From contig JBGAIN010000005.1 of NCBI GenBank assembly GCA_044225505.1, forward strand, positions 1-64,000: 64,000 bases of DNA, given 5' to 3'. Positions 39,969 to 48,280 of this stretch are shown here, one piece after another (position 1 is the first letter of the stretch; every line of letters begins with the position of its first letter). The stretch comes from Limisphaerales bacterium. Its GTDB lineage: Bacteria; Verrucomicrobiota; Verrucomicrobiia; Limisphaerales; SIBE01. The notes below the pieces were generated by a model. That model did not search any database and was not told the DNA's origin. It worked only from the letters and a program-made list of their open reading frames with translations. Position numbers and translations under genes: made by a program.

Positions 39969-40727
39969 GTGACCTCATCAGAAGCCCTGGCTTTGCTCGA
40001 CCAGTTCCGTCACGGCCATGTTAGCCGTGAGAAAGTCCTCCAGTCATTCCAAGCCGCGCCCGTCGCCGATCTGGGCTTCGCCCATGTGGACACCCACCGC
40101 GGCCTGCGCAAAGGTTTTCCGGAAGTCATCTTTGGCTTGGGTAAAACCCCGCCGCAAGTCGTTGCCATCGCGCATACAATTCTGGAAAGGGACGCGCGCG
40201 TCTTGATCACGCGCGCCACGCCAGACCATGCGAAGGCGCTCCGACGCACTTTGAAGCACGCCGTCTATCACCAGACCGCACGCTGCATCGTAATTGAGAA
40301 AAAGCCGTTGCCCAAACGCGCCGGCACCATTGCCGTCGTTTGCGCGGGCACCAGCGACCTCCCTGTTGCCGAGGAGGCCGCCGTCACGGCGGAAGTGATG
40401 GGCAATACCGTGGCGCGGGTCCACGACGTGGGTGTGGCTGGCCTGCACCGCCTCTTGCCGAAGCTCGAGCTTCTGCAGACGGCGAACGTCCTGGTCGTCG
40501 TCGCCGGGATGGAGGGAGCGCTCCCTAGCGTCGTCGCCGGACTCGTGCGCCGACCGCTGATCGCCGTCCCCACGAGCATTGGCTACGGCGCAAGCTTCGG
40601 TGGACTCGCTGCTCTCCTGGGCATGCTGAACAGTTGCGGCAGCGGTGTCACCGTGGTCAACATTGATGCCGGCTTCAATGCGGGATACGCAGCGAGCCAG
40701 ATCAATGCCTTGGCCGCCGGAGAATAA
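39969..40727 (+). CDS. larB: Nickel-pincer cofactor biosynthesis protein LarB
   Basis: DTHRGLRKGFPEVIFGLGK, AGTSDLPVAEEA, DVGVAGLHR, AGMEGALPSV, PTSIGYG, LNSC. Confidence 0.94.
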   Translation: MTSSEALALLDQFRHGHVSREKVLQSFQAAPVADLGFAHVDTHRGLRKGFPEVIFGLGKTPPQVVAIAHTILERDARVLITRATPDHAKALRRTLKHAVYHQTARCIVIEKKPLPKRAGTIAVVCAGTSDLPVAEEAAVTAEVMGNTVARVHDVGVAGLHRLLPKLELLQTANVLVVVAGMEGALPSVVAGLVRRPLIAVPTSIGYGASFGGLAALLGMLNSCGSGVTVVNIDAGFNAGYAASQINALAAGE

Positions 40728-40787
40728 TTCGGCGCCGAACGCCCGAATCGCGGCACCTGAAGGGAATTGGAGCAGTTGAACCTGACA

Positions 40788-42110
40788 ATGAACACACTCT
40801 ATCTGGACGTCTTCAGCGGCCTGAGCGGCGATATGTTCCTCGGCGCGATGGTCGATTTGGGTGTCGATCTCTCGTTCCTCGATAGTGAGCTGCGTAAACT
40901 CCGGTTGGACGGCTACCACCTGCACGCGAAACGCCAACAGAATTCGAATATCGAAGGGGTCAAGTTCGATGTCCACTTGGAGCATGGTCATGGGCACGAG
41001 CATGGTCATGGGCACGAGCATGGTCATGGGCACGAGCATGGTCATGGGCACGAGCATGGTCATGGGCACGAGCATGGTCATGGGCATGAGCATGGAGAGA
41101 GCCGGAATTTCGCTGGCATTCAACAGCTCATCCAGTCGAGCGCGCTTTCCGACTGGGTGAAACAAAAGGCCATTGCTGTCTTTCGGCGCGTCGCTGTGGC
41201 CGAAGGAAAGATTCATGGCCACCCCCCTGACAAGGTCGGGTTTCACGAAGTTGGGGCTGTGGATTCGATTGTCGATATTGTCGGGGCATGCATTGCTCTG
41301 GAAAAACTGGGAAAGCCTCGCGTCCTGGCCAGCGCCGTGGTCGAAGGAACAGGATGGGTCCGGTGTGCCCATGGCCGATTTCCGGTCCCGACCGCCGCCA
41401 CGCTCGAGATCTTGGGAGCCCGCGGGATCCCAGTGACGCAATGTGAGGAGCCTCACGAATTACTCACACCAACGGGTGCCGCGCTCCTGGCGGAATTCGC
41501 GGAGAGCTTCGGCCTGATGCAGGGACTTGTCGCGAGCAAGGTCGGGTATGGATTGGGTACTCGCCAGAACAAGACGCGTCCGAACGTGGTCCGAGCGGTA
41601 CTCGGGACGTCCTCGGCGACCGATCGCGCGCCGGACGCCCCAACGCACGATTGGGTTACCGACACCGTCGCGGTCCTCGAAACGAATATCGACGACTGCA
41701 CCGCCGAAGTCCTCGGGCATGTGGTGGAGCTCGCGCTATCCGCTGGAGCGCTCGATGTATTTCATACCCCAGTCCAAATGAAGAAGAATCGCCCTGGAGT
41801 TCTGCTCACTCTTCTTTGCGACGCGCCGCAAGCGGATCAGTTCACTCAACTCCTTTTAACCGAGACGAGTGCCTTCGGCGTCCGCCGCACCATGGCGGAA
41901 AGACGCAAATTGCAGCGTTCGTTTGATACGGTGGAGACGCCGTATGGCGATGTGACGATCAAGCTTGGGACGTTAGACGGCCGAGTCCTGCAGGCCAGTC
42001 CCGAGTACGAATCCTGCAAAGCCGTCGCCGCGCAGTCGCAAGTCAGCCTCCGCGCGGTGATGGAAGCGGCTTCCCAAGCCGCGCAACGCTGGATCGCCAG
42101 GAAGCCGTAG
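40788..42110 (+). CDS. larC: Nickel-pincer cofactor biosynthesis protein LarC (nickel insertase)
   Basis: SGLSGDMFLGA, His-rich linker, FHEVGAVDSIVDIVG, ELLTPTGAA, ETNIDD, MKKNRPG, PEYESC. Confidence 0.94.
   Translation: MNTLYLDVFSGLSGDMFLGAMVDLGVDLSFLDSELRKLRLDGYHLHAKRQQNSNIEGVKFDVHLEHGHGHEHGHGHEHGHGHEHGHGHEHGHGHEHGHGHEHGESRNFAGIQQLIQSSALSDWVKQKAIAVFRRVAVAEGKIHGHPPDKVGFHEVGAVDSIVDIVGACIALEKLGKPRVLASAVVEGTGWVRCAHGRFPVPTAATLEILGARGIPVTQCEEPHELLTPTGAALLAEFAESFGLMQGLVASKVGYGLGTRQNKTRPNVVRAVLGTSSATDRAPDAPTHDWVTDTVAVLETNIDDCTAEVLGHVVELALSAGALDVFHTPVQMKKNRPGVLLTLLCDAPQADQFTQLLLTETSAFGVRRTMAERRKLQRSFDTVETPYGDVTIKLGTLDGRVLQASPEYESCKAVAAQSQVSLRAVMEAASQAAQRWIARKP
40980..41096 (+). repeat. 18-bp tandem repeat encoding (EHGHGH)6-EHG in larC
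   Basis: GAGCATGGTCATGGGCAC: five exact copies, a sixth with one substitution, plus a partial seventh. Confidence 0.95.
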
Positions 42111-42137
42111 CGGTGACGGTTTAAGGTGGGGAAACGG

Positions 42138-42425
42138 ATGATTGCCGACGAGTTAATCCCTCTGCTCCGATGCCCAAGGAGCGGTCAGCGATTGCGAGCC
42201 GCGAGCGCACTCGCCATCGCCACACTCAACCGCCAAGTGGCCGCTGGAAGCGTCCGAACATGCGCGGGAGTCCAAGTGGCAGAAGCGCTCGGAGGTGGTC
42301 TGGTTCGGGATGACGGCCAACTGCTTTATCCTGTCCGGCAGGATATCGCCGTTCTCCTCCCTGAGGCAGCCATTGTGCTGACTCCGCCATTCGAAGCACC
42401 TCGGGCGTCTGGAACCTCAACTTAA
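42138..42425 (+). CDS. Trm112/YcaR-like small protein
   Basis: LIPLLRCPRSGQRL...LYPVRQDIAVLLPEAA. Confidence 0.75.
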   Translation: MIADELIPLLRCPRSGQRLRAASALAIATLNRQVAAGSVRTCAGVQVAEALGGGLVRDDGQLLYPVRQDIAVLLPEAAIVLTPPFEAPRASGTST

Positions 42426-42490
42426 TTTCCTTTGGGACCGTTGGAAACCTATTTGGCGACCGACGCTCAAACGTTCGTCGGGCGGAGACT

Positions 42491-43636
42491 TTAGGGCGCT
42501 CGTTTGCCTGATTTCGGGTCTGCGGGAGCACGCCAAGGCGACGTTTGGACATCCGCGGGAGACTTCGGCTCCGTCGGTGAAGCTGCTCCACCTGTCGGGG
42601 CGTTCTTAAAAGCGGAACGTAAGAGCCAATGACGCTTGAGTCCCTGGACAAGTTCATCCGCATGCACAATCGCGGCGGAGACGCTTCCAAGAATTTGGTC
42701 ATTCGTTTGGACCTGAGCATTCAAGCTTCCGGTAATGCCAGCGAGGTTATCGAGCGTTTTGGTCAAGCTCGTCGCGAGCGTTGCCACGTTGGTGTTGGCA
42801 GTATTGAGCGTCGCGGTTGCGGATGAGAGGGTAAGTTCCAACTGGGCATTGATATTGGTCGGGATGGCCCAGTCGCCCAGTGCTCCACGGCCATTGGTGA
42901 GCGCGCCAGAAATGATGGAGAGATTGGCGAGAATTGGCTGCGCTTGCTGAATCACACCGTCGGCGTGGGCCGTGAGTTGCGCGGCATTGGTTAACACGCG
43001 CGCCAGGTCGTTGGTGAGATTAAGAATTCCAGGTAGCGCCCGTTGTGCCTGACTCGTGAGCTCTTCCAGCTGAGCCGTCACGACGGGCGTTTCTTCCGCG
43101 GGGCTAAAGCTGTAGCCCTTGGACGCGGGGGTATACGGCACGTACTTGCCACCGCTTACGTCCCAAACTCCCAGGATCTTGTCGTTCTCAATACGATAAC
43201 TCGCGTGCAAGTTCGTTGTGCCGGTGGTGCCTCCTGGAACTACCTCGAGGGAACGGTTGCCGAGGAACCCAGCGCTGGTCAGCTTCACGTAGGAATCAGT
43301 CCAGATATAACCATAGAACGGCTCACGAACAACAAACTCGATGTAGATATTGCCATACGTGCTAAAGGGAGGCATCGCCGTAATCCGTGTGACCTGACCA
43401 ACCTCAAAACCAAGCAGGACAATCGGATCACCCTCGTGCAAACCGGCAGCGGATTGGACAAAAGTATGGTAGCGAAGCTTGGTGAGAAACCAACCCTTCC
43501 GCTGGGCGGTATGGTAAACGTAATAACCGAATCCCGCCAGGAGCAAGATGGTGGCGATGATCACAAACCAACCTACCGCCCGTTCCACTCGGCTTAAGCG
43601 GGTTCGAAGCTGAGGCGTGAGATCTTGGACAGGCAT
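42491..43636 (-). CDS. mlaD: MlaD/MCE-family protein
   Basis: N-terminal TM, SAAGLHEGDPIVLLGFEVGQV MCE motif, coiled-coil C-terminus. Confidence 0.82.
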   Translation of the reverse strand: MPVQDLTPQLRTRLSRVERAVGWFVIIATILLLAGFGYYVYHTAQRKGWFLTKLRYHTFVQSAAGLHEGDPIVLLGFEVGQVTRITAMPPFSTYGNIYIEFVVREPFYGYIWTDSYVKLTSAGFLGNRSLEVVPGGTTGTTNLHASYRIENDKILGVWDVSGGKYVPYTPASKGYSFSPAEETPVVTAQLEELTSQAQRALPGILNLTNDLARVLTNAAQLTAHADGVIQQAQPILANLSIISGALTNGRGALGDWAIPTNINAQLELTLSSATATLNTANTNVATLATSLTKTLDNLAGITGSLNAQVQTNDQILGSVSAAIVHADELVQGLKRHWLLRSAFKNAPTGGAASPTEPKSPADVQTSPWRAPADPKSGKRAP

Positions 43637-43638
43637 AG

Positions 43639-44424
43639 TCAGCGCTTAAGCCAATCACCTGGCAGCAGTTCCCGCAACGCTGGATTGTCGTGCTGGGATA
43701 AGTCTATTCTATTCCCTACCGGGATCAGCCGCTTCCGATCGATGTAGGCAAAGTGCTGTCCGCGAAGGCTCCAAGGTTGAAGGTCGTCCGTACAAGCGAC
43801 CATCGTGAGCGTTCGCCCTTCCAGGAGGTCATCATCCCGCATTAATCGGCCGAGGAACTCCAGCCACCATCGAGACTCTCGCGGATCCAGCCCGGCCAGC
43901 GGATTATCGAGGAACAAAAGTTCCGGAGCCAACACGAGCGCACGTGCCAAAGCCACGCGCTGCCTCAAGCCGCGATTGATCCATAGCGGCGTCCGCTCTG
44001 CGACCGCGCTCAATCCCATCGCCGAAAGAATCTTCCGCACGCGATCATCGGTCGAGCCCATCTCACAGTTCCGATGATAGCACAGCGGCAAACTGAGATT
44101 CTGCGCAACGGTCAGATCATTGAAAAGGCGCCCTCCATTCCCAAATACAATCCCAACCCGAAGTTGAATCTCCAGGCGCTCTTCCTCGTGCAATCCGATT
44201 ATTTCACTGCCAAACAGCCGGACGGTTCCAGCCACCGGTCGCATTAACCCCGCCGACGTCGTCAACAGGTCGCTTTTTCCGGATGCGGGCAGCCCACCCA
44301 CGATCCAACACTCTCCCCGGTGCACGGTCCATGTCACATGATCGATGACAACCAGAGTCGGATTCAGAATCGAACTGATCGCCACATCGGTCATCTCCAA
44401 GATTGGCTCTTCTCCAGGGTTCAC
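43639..44424 (-). CDS. MlaF-like ABC ATP-binding protein with degenerate motifs
   Basis: GLPASGKS Walker A, LTVAQNL, RQRVALARAL, LLFLDNP; GTG start overlaps the mlaE stop. Confidence 0.8.
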   Translation of the reverse strand: MNPGEEPILEMTDVAISSILNPTLVVIDHVTWTVHRGECWIVGGLPASGKSDLLTTSAGLMRPVAGTVRLFGSEIIGLHEEERLEIQLRVGIVFGNGGRLFNDLTVAQNLSLPLCYHRNCEMGSTDDRVRKILSAMGLSAVAERTPLWINRGLRQRVALARALVLAPELLFLDNPLAGLDPRESRWWLEFLGRLMRDDDLLEGRTLTMVACTDDLQPWSLRGQHFAYIDRKRLIPVGNRIDLSQHDNPALRELLPGDWLKR

Positions 44425-45281
44425 AGGATCAAGTAGACCACGATGAACAAACCGTCCAGCAGGACACAGAGGATAATACTGTTCACGATTGCGGAGGTCG
44501 TCGCATCCGCGACGTCTTCCAACCGCAACTGATAAGCCAGCCCCTGGTAACAGGTGGAAATGGCGATGACGATGCCAAACGCGATGGTCTTCAATGCCAG
44601 CAGAGCGAAATCCTGCCACCGCAAAGACGATGCGAGCTGGTTAAAATAATCTCCGGGCCGCAACGGAACATCCTGCAGAAACGCAAACAGATACCCGCTC
44701 AGAAGTGCGATCAAGATCAGGTAGACGGTCAACGCGGAAATCGAAACGGCCAGAGCAATCACCCGCGGCATGACCAGATAATGAATTGGATCGATCCCCA
44801 ATGCTTCCAGTGCTTCCACCTCGCCCACAGCTCGCGCGGTACCCAATTCAATGACGATCGCCGTGCCAATGCGCGCCAAAACCAGCAGGGCCGTCACCAA
44901 CGGCCCAAGCTCCCGCACCACCACCGTCACCATGACAGTCCCGGCGTAGTTGGTCGCTCCCACGCGGTTTAAAAGAGCGACTGTCTGACCGATAATAACT
45001 AACCCTAAAGCGAACCCGAGAAACCCTACCATCGGCAACAACCGCACTCCCGCTCGATAGACCTGCGCCCGAATGAGCGGGTGCACCACCCGCCAGGCCA
45101 GGTTGAACTTCGTCACCGTCACCCCAAACGTAATGAGAGCAAAAGCTCCTAAACCATGGATCGTGTTGATTAGACGAAGAAGCTTGCGCCCAATCCAGTT
45201 CATGTAGCTCCGAGCGAGCTGACTCTGAATCAGGGGCCGGCTCCCAGACATTTGTTCACCGGCAGCCGAGCTGTTTTCCAC
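44421..45281 (-). CDS. mlaE: MlaE-family ABC permease
   Basis: VRELGPLVTALLVLARIGTA, EVEALEALGIDPIHYLVMPR; start uncertain. Confidence 0.88.
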   Translation of the reverse strand: MENSSAAGEQMSGSRPLIQSQLARSYMNWIGRKLLRLINTIHGLGAFALITFGVTVTKFNLAWRVVHPLIRAQVYRAGVRLLPMVGFLGFALGLVIIGQTVALLNRVGATNYAGTVMVTVVVRELGPLVTALLVLARIGTAIVIELGTARAVGEVEALEALGIDPIHYLVMPRVIALAVSISALTVYLILIALLSGYLFAFLQDVPLRPGDYFNQLASSLRWQDFALLALKTIAFGIVIAISTCYQGLAYQLRLEDVADATTSAIVNSIILCVLLDGLFIVVYLIL

Positions 45282-45361
45282 GGAACGAACGTAATGGTTC
45301 TAAGGCACAGGGTCAAAGGTGAACTTCGCTTGTGACGTTCCGATGCGTCAAACGCCCAACT

Positions 45362-45934
45362 TCAGAGCGTCAGCTGCTCCAGCACCACCTTGAGTCGGTC
45401 CAACGGCAGACCCACCACATTCGAGTATGACCCTCGAATCTCTTCCACCACGGGCGGGGATCCTTCCTGAATCGCGTAACCGCCAGCTTTATCGAGCGGG
45501 TCAATAGACCCGAGATACTGGTCGATCTCCGCGATGGTCAAGGCCTTGAAACGGACATCCGTGGTTTCGGCAAAAACCGATTGGTAATGGCTTCGGAGAT
45601 GCAGGAGACAAAGCCCCGTTACAACCTGGTGAGTCGTCCGCTGTAGTTGCTCAAGCATCCGGCGCGCCTCGGCGAGATCGCGAGGTTTTCCAAACAACCG
45701 GTTCTCCAGCGAGACCAGCGTATCGGCTCCCAAGACCAAACAATCGGGAAATCGCTTAGCCACCGCACGAGCTTTGCGATAGGCGTTTAACTGCGCCAAC
45801 TCGCGCGCTGTTAGTTGTTCCTCATGCAATTCCGTCGCATCACTCGGCACCACGCGAAACTCCACGTCGAGTTGCTTGAGCAGTTCGCTCCGGCGCGGTG
45901 ATGAGGAAGCGAGAATGAACGAAGGCAAGTTCAT
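45362..45934 (-). CDS. maf: Maf-family nucleotide pyrophosphatase
   Basis: ILASSSPRRSELL, GADTLV, GKP, DKAGGYAIQ, SNVVGLP. Confidence 0.94.
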   Translation of the reverse strand: MNLPSFILASSSPRRSELLKQLDVEFRVVPSDATELHEEQLTARELAQLNAYRKARAVAKRFPDCLVLGADTLVSLENRLFGKPRDLAEARRMLEQLQRTTHQVVTGLCLLHLRSHYQSVFAETTDVRFKALTIAEIDQYLGSIDPLDKAGGYAIQEGSPPVVEEIRGSYSNVVGLPLDRLKVVLEQLTL

Positions 45935-45952
45935 AAGCGACCAGGACGGCGC

Positions 45953-46555
45953 CTAGACCGGGTCGATCCCATCCGCGCCCCCTTTCTCCGCATCGGCGTA
46001 ATCGAGCGCGAGATGAAACTGGTCAAGTTTTTCGTTGAAGACCTCCTTGGAAAGAACCGGAACCCCCTCGTCCGTCTTACCGTCTTCCTCCAGCTCAATC
46101 CACGATTTGCACCCTCCGTAGCTCGGCACGATGGGCAGTTCGACTGCCTTGGCCAATCGAAAGACACGCACGGCTAAAGCGTGAATGTTCTTGTCCTTGC
46201 CCCATTCGAACCGTTCTGCCAGGACCGCATCGGTCCAGATATGCTGGCCCTGCAACCGATGCACGCTTTCCAAGGCTTCCAATCGGCGCCACGAGACCAC
46301 ATGAGCGTAGAACTCCAATCGAACGCGACCGGCTGGAGGCAAGGTCGGCACCAGTTCATCCAATTGAGTCTGCGCATACTCAACAACGGAGGCTCTTTCT
46401 TGATGGTGCAAACTAGGGTAGAGTAGGAATTCCGCGTGCTCGACCTGAAACCCTCGGCGTCCCTCACTGATCCCGCCTTTGCGCAGGATAAGGATTTGCT
46501 GGCCACGGCCCAATGCATCGACCACTACAGCCCAGTCCTTGAAGGCGACGCGCAT
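45953..46555 (-). CDS. DUF1802 family protein
   Basis: AFKDWAVVVDALGRGQQILILRKGGISE, FLLYP, YGGCKSWIEL. Confidence 0.85.
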   Translation of the reverse strand: MRVAFKDWAVVVDALGRGQQILILRKGGISEGRRGFQVEHAEFLLYPSLHHQERASVVEYAQTQLDELVPTLPPAGRVRLEFYAHVVSWRRLEALESVHRLQGQHIWTDAVLAERFEWGKDKNIHALAVRVFRLAKAVELPIVPSYGGCKSWIELEEDGKTDEGVPVLSKEVFNEKLDQFHLALDYADAEKGGADGIDPV

Positions 46556-46828
46556 AGCAGGGAGCGTAAGCCAAACCACTCCCGCGAGCAATGCCCAAGC
46601 GGATACAGGTGGAACGCCCCCGAAAGCATCCGGTCCTCTCCTTCCAGTTCGCGACACCGCAACCCCTCACTGGCACTCCGCGGGAGAAAAGCCACGGTCT
46701 GTCAAACTACTTGCTAGACCGGGACAAGCTATAATAAGCTCCTCACTGTCAATGAAGAGCAGCGCCAGAAGGGCGTACCGGGAGTCGGTCTGCCCACTCG
46801 CGTCGTGACCGCGTCCGTTCTCAAGCCT

Positions 46829-48148
46829 ATGAATTCTAATATCCGCTTGCGTCTGTTTCTGATGATGGTGCTGGAATTTGTGATCTGGGGCGCGTGGCTG
46901 CCGCTGATCTACGGATACCTCCCAAGCCTTGAATTCACCCCATCCGAACAGTCCTGGATCCTGAACGCATTTCCGATCTCCGCAATCCTAGGCATCTTCT
47001 TCAGCAATCAATTCGCCGACCGCACATTTGCCGCGGAAAAGTTTTTGGCCTTCAGCCACCTGGTTGGCGGCGCCGCGGTTCTTGGCTTGGCGTTCACGCG
47101 GGCGTTTTGGCCGTTCTTTCTTCTGATGTCGGTGCACTGTCTGCTCTACGTGCCCACCCTTTCCATTGTTAATTCCATCGCATTCGCACACATCAAAGAT
47201 CCTCAAAAAGAATTTGGCCCGGTGCGTATGGGCGGCACCATCGGATGGGTCCTGGCCGCTTGGCCGTTCACGTTCATTCTCGTGGATTGGGACAAAGTCC
47301 GAGCGGCTCATCCTGAGGGGCTGGTCAGCTGGATTGGAACTGTTTTGAGCTCGGGGCTCACTGGGGCCGAGCTTCAGAGTGCCACGCGGTGGACTTTCGT
47401 GGTGTCAGGTGTTGTTTCGTTCGTGCTCGCCGCCTACAGCTTGACCCTGCCTCACACCCCTCCAAAGAAGGCGGCCGTGGAAGGCGAGAAATTGGCGTGG
47501 CTGGAGGCCATGCGCCTCCTTCGCCACCCTTACGTCCTTGTTCTCTGGATCGTGGCACTTCTCGATGCCTCCGTGCTCTATGCGTATTTCAATTGGACGG
47601 GAGTATTTCTTGGCAGCGCGCAAGTCGGTGTCCCAGGCAATTGGATCATGCCGGTGATGAGCATCGGTCAAGTCGCCGAGATTCTGACCATGTTGATTTT
47701 GGGAGCGACTCTCCGCACCTTGGGCTGGCGGACAACCATGGTCATAGGAATTCTGGGCCACGCTTTGCGTTTCGCAATCTTCGCCTTTTTCCCGCAAATG
47801 ACTGGCCTCATCGTTGCCGTCAACATCATCCACGGCGTTTGCTACGCCTTCTTCTTCGCGACGGTTTACATCTTCGTCGATGAGTATTTCCCATCGGACA
47901 TCCGTGCGAGCGCCCAAGGCTTGTTCAACATCATGATCTTTGGCGTAGGTGCCTTGCTCGCGAATTCCGTTTGCCCCTACTTGATGCAACGAGTTTTCAC
48001 ATCGAATGGCGTCACGGATTTCCGCAGCCTCTTTTTGGTTCCGCTTGGCACAGCCTTGGTCGCCGCTATCATGCTCGCCCTATTCTTCCATCCGCCGGCC
48101 AAACCTCGTAAGACCCAGGGCGAGGTAGCGAACGCCACAACGCATTAG
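46829..48148 (+). CDS. MFS nucleoside:H+ symporter (NupG/XapB-like)
   Basis: LMMVLEFVIWGAW, FADRTFAAEK, PTLSIVNSIAF, RMGGTIGW, GQVAE, RASAQGLF; about 12 TMs. Confidence 0.85.
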   Translation: MNSNIRLRLFLMMVLEFVIWGAWLPLIYGYLPSLEFTPSEQSWILNAFPISAILGIFFSNQFADRTFAAEKFLAFSHLVGGAAVLGLAFTRAFWPFFLLMSVHCLLYVPTLSIVNSIAFAHIKDPQKEFGPVRMGGTIGWVLAAWPFTFILVDWDKVRAAHPEGLVSWIGTVLSSGLTGAELQSATRWTFVVSGVVSFVLAAYSLTLPHTPPKKAAVEGEKLAWLEAMRLLRHPYVLVLWIVALLDASVLYAYFNWTGVFLGSAQVGVPGNWIMPVMSIGQVAEILTMLILGATLRTLGWRTTMVIGILGHALRFAIFAFFPQMTGLIVAVNIIHGVCYAFFFATVYIFVDEYFPSDIRASAQGLFNIMIFGVGALLANSVCPYLMQRVFTSNGVTDFRSLFLVPLGTALVAAIMLALFFHPPAKPRKTQGEVANATTH

Positions 48149-48280
48149 ACGCTCGCAGAGCGAAGCCCTTTGACCAACAGCTGGTGATCAGCCTGGACCT
48201 TGCATAGGTCCTGACATCCCGCGATGGATTTCAGAACCTCCCAGATGTATGATCTGAGATCTTGTAATCTCAAGGTCCGC

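Noticed and set aside
40044..41456. 470-aa minus-strand ORF with (PMTMLV)n repeats
   Set aside because: Antisense to larB/larC; the repeat is just the reverse frame of the His-coding VNTR.
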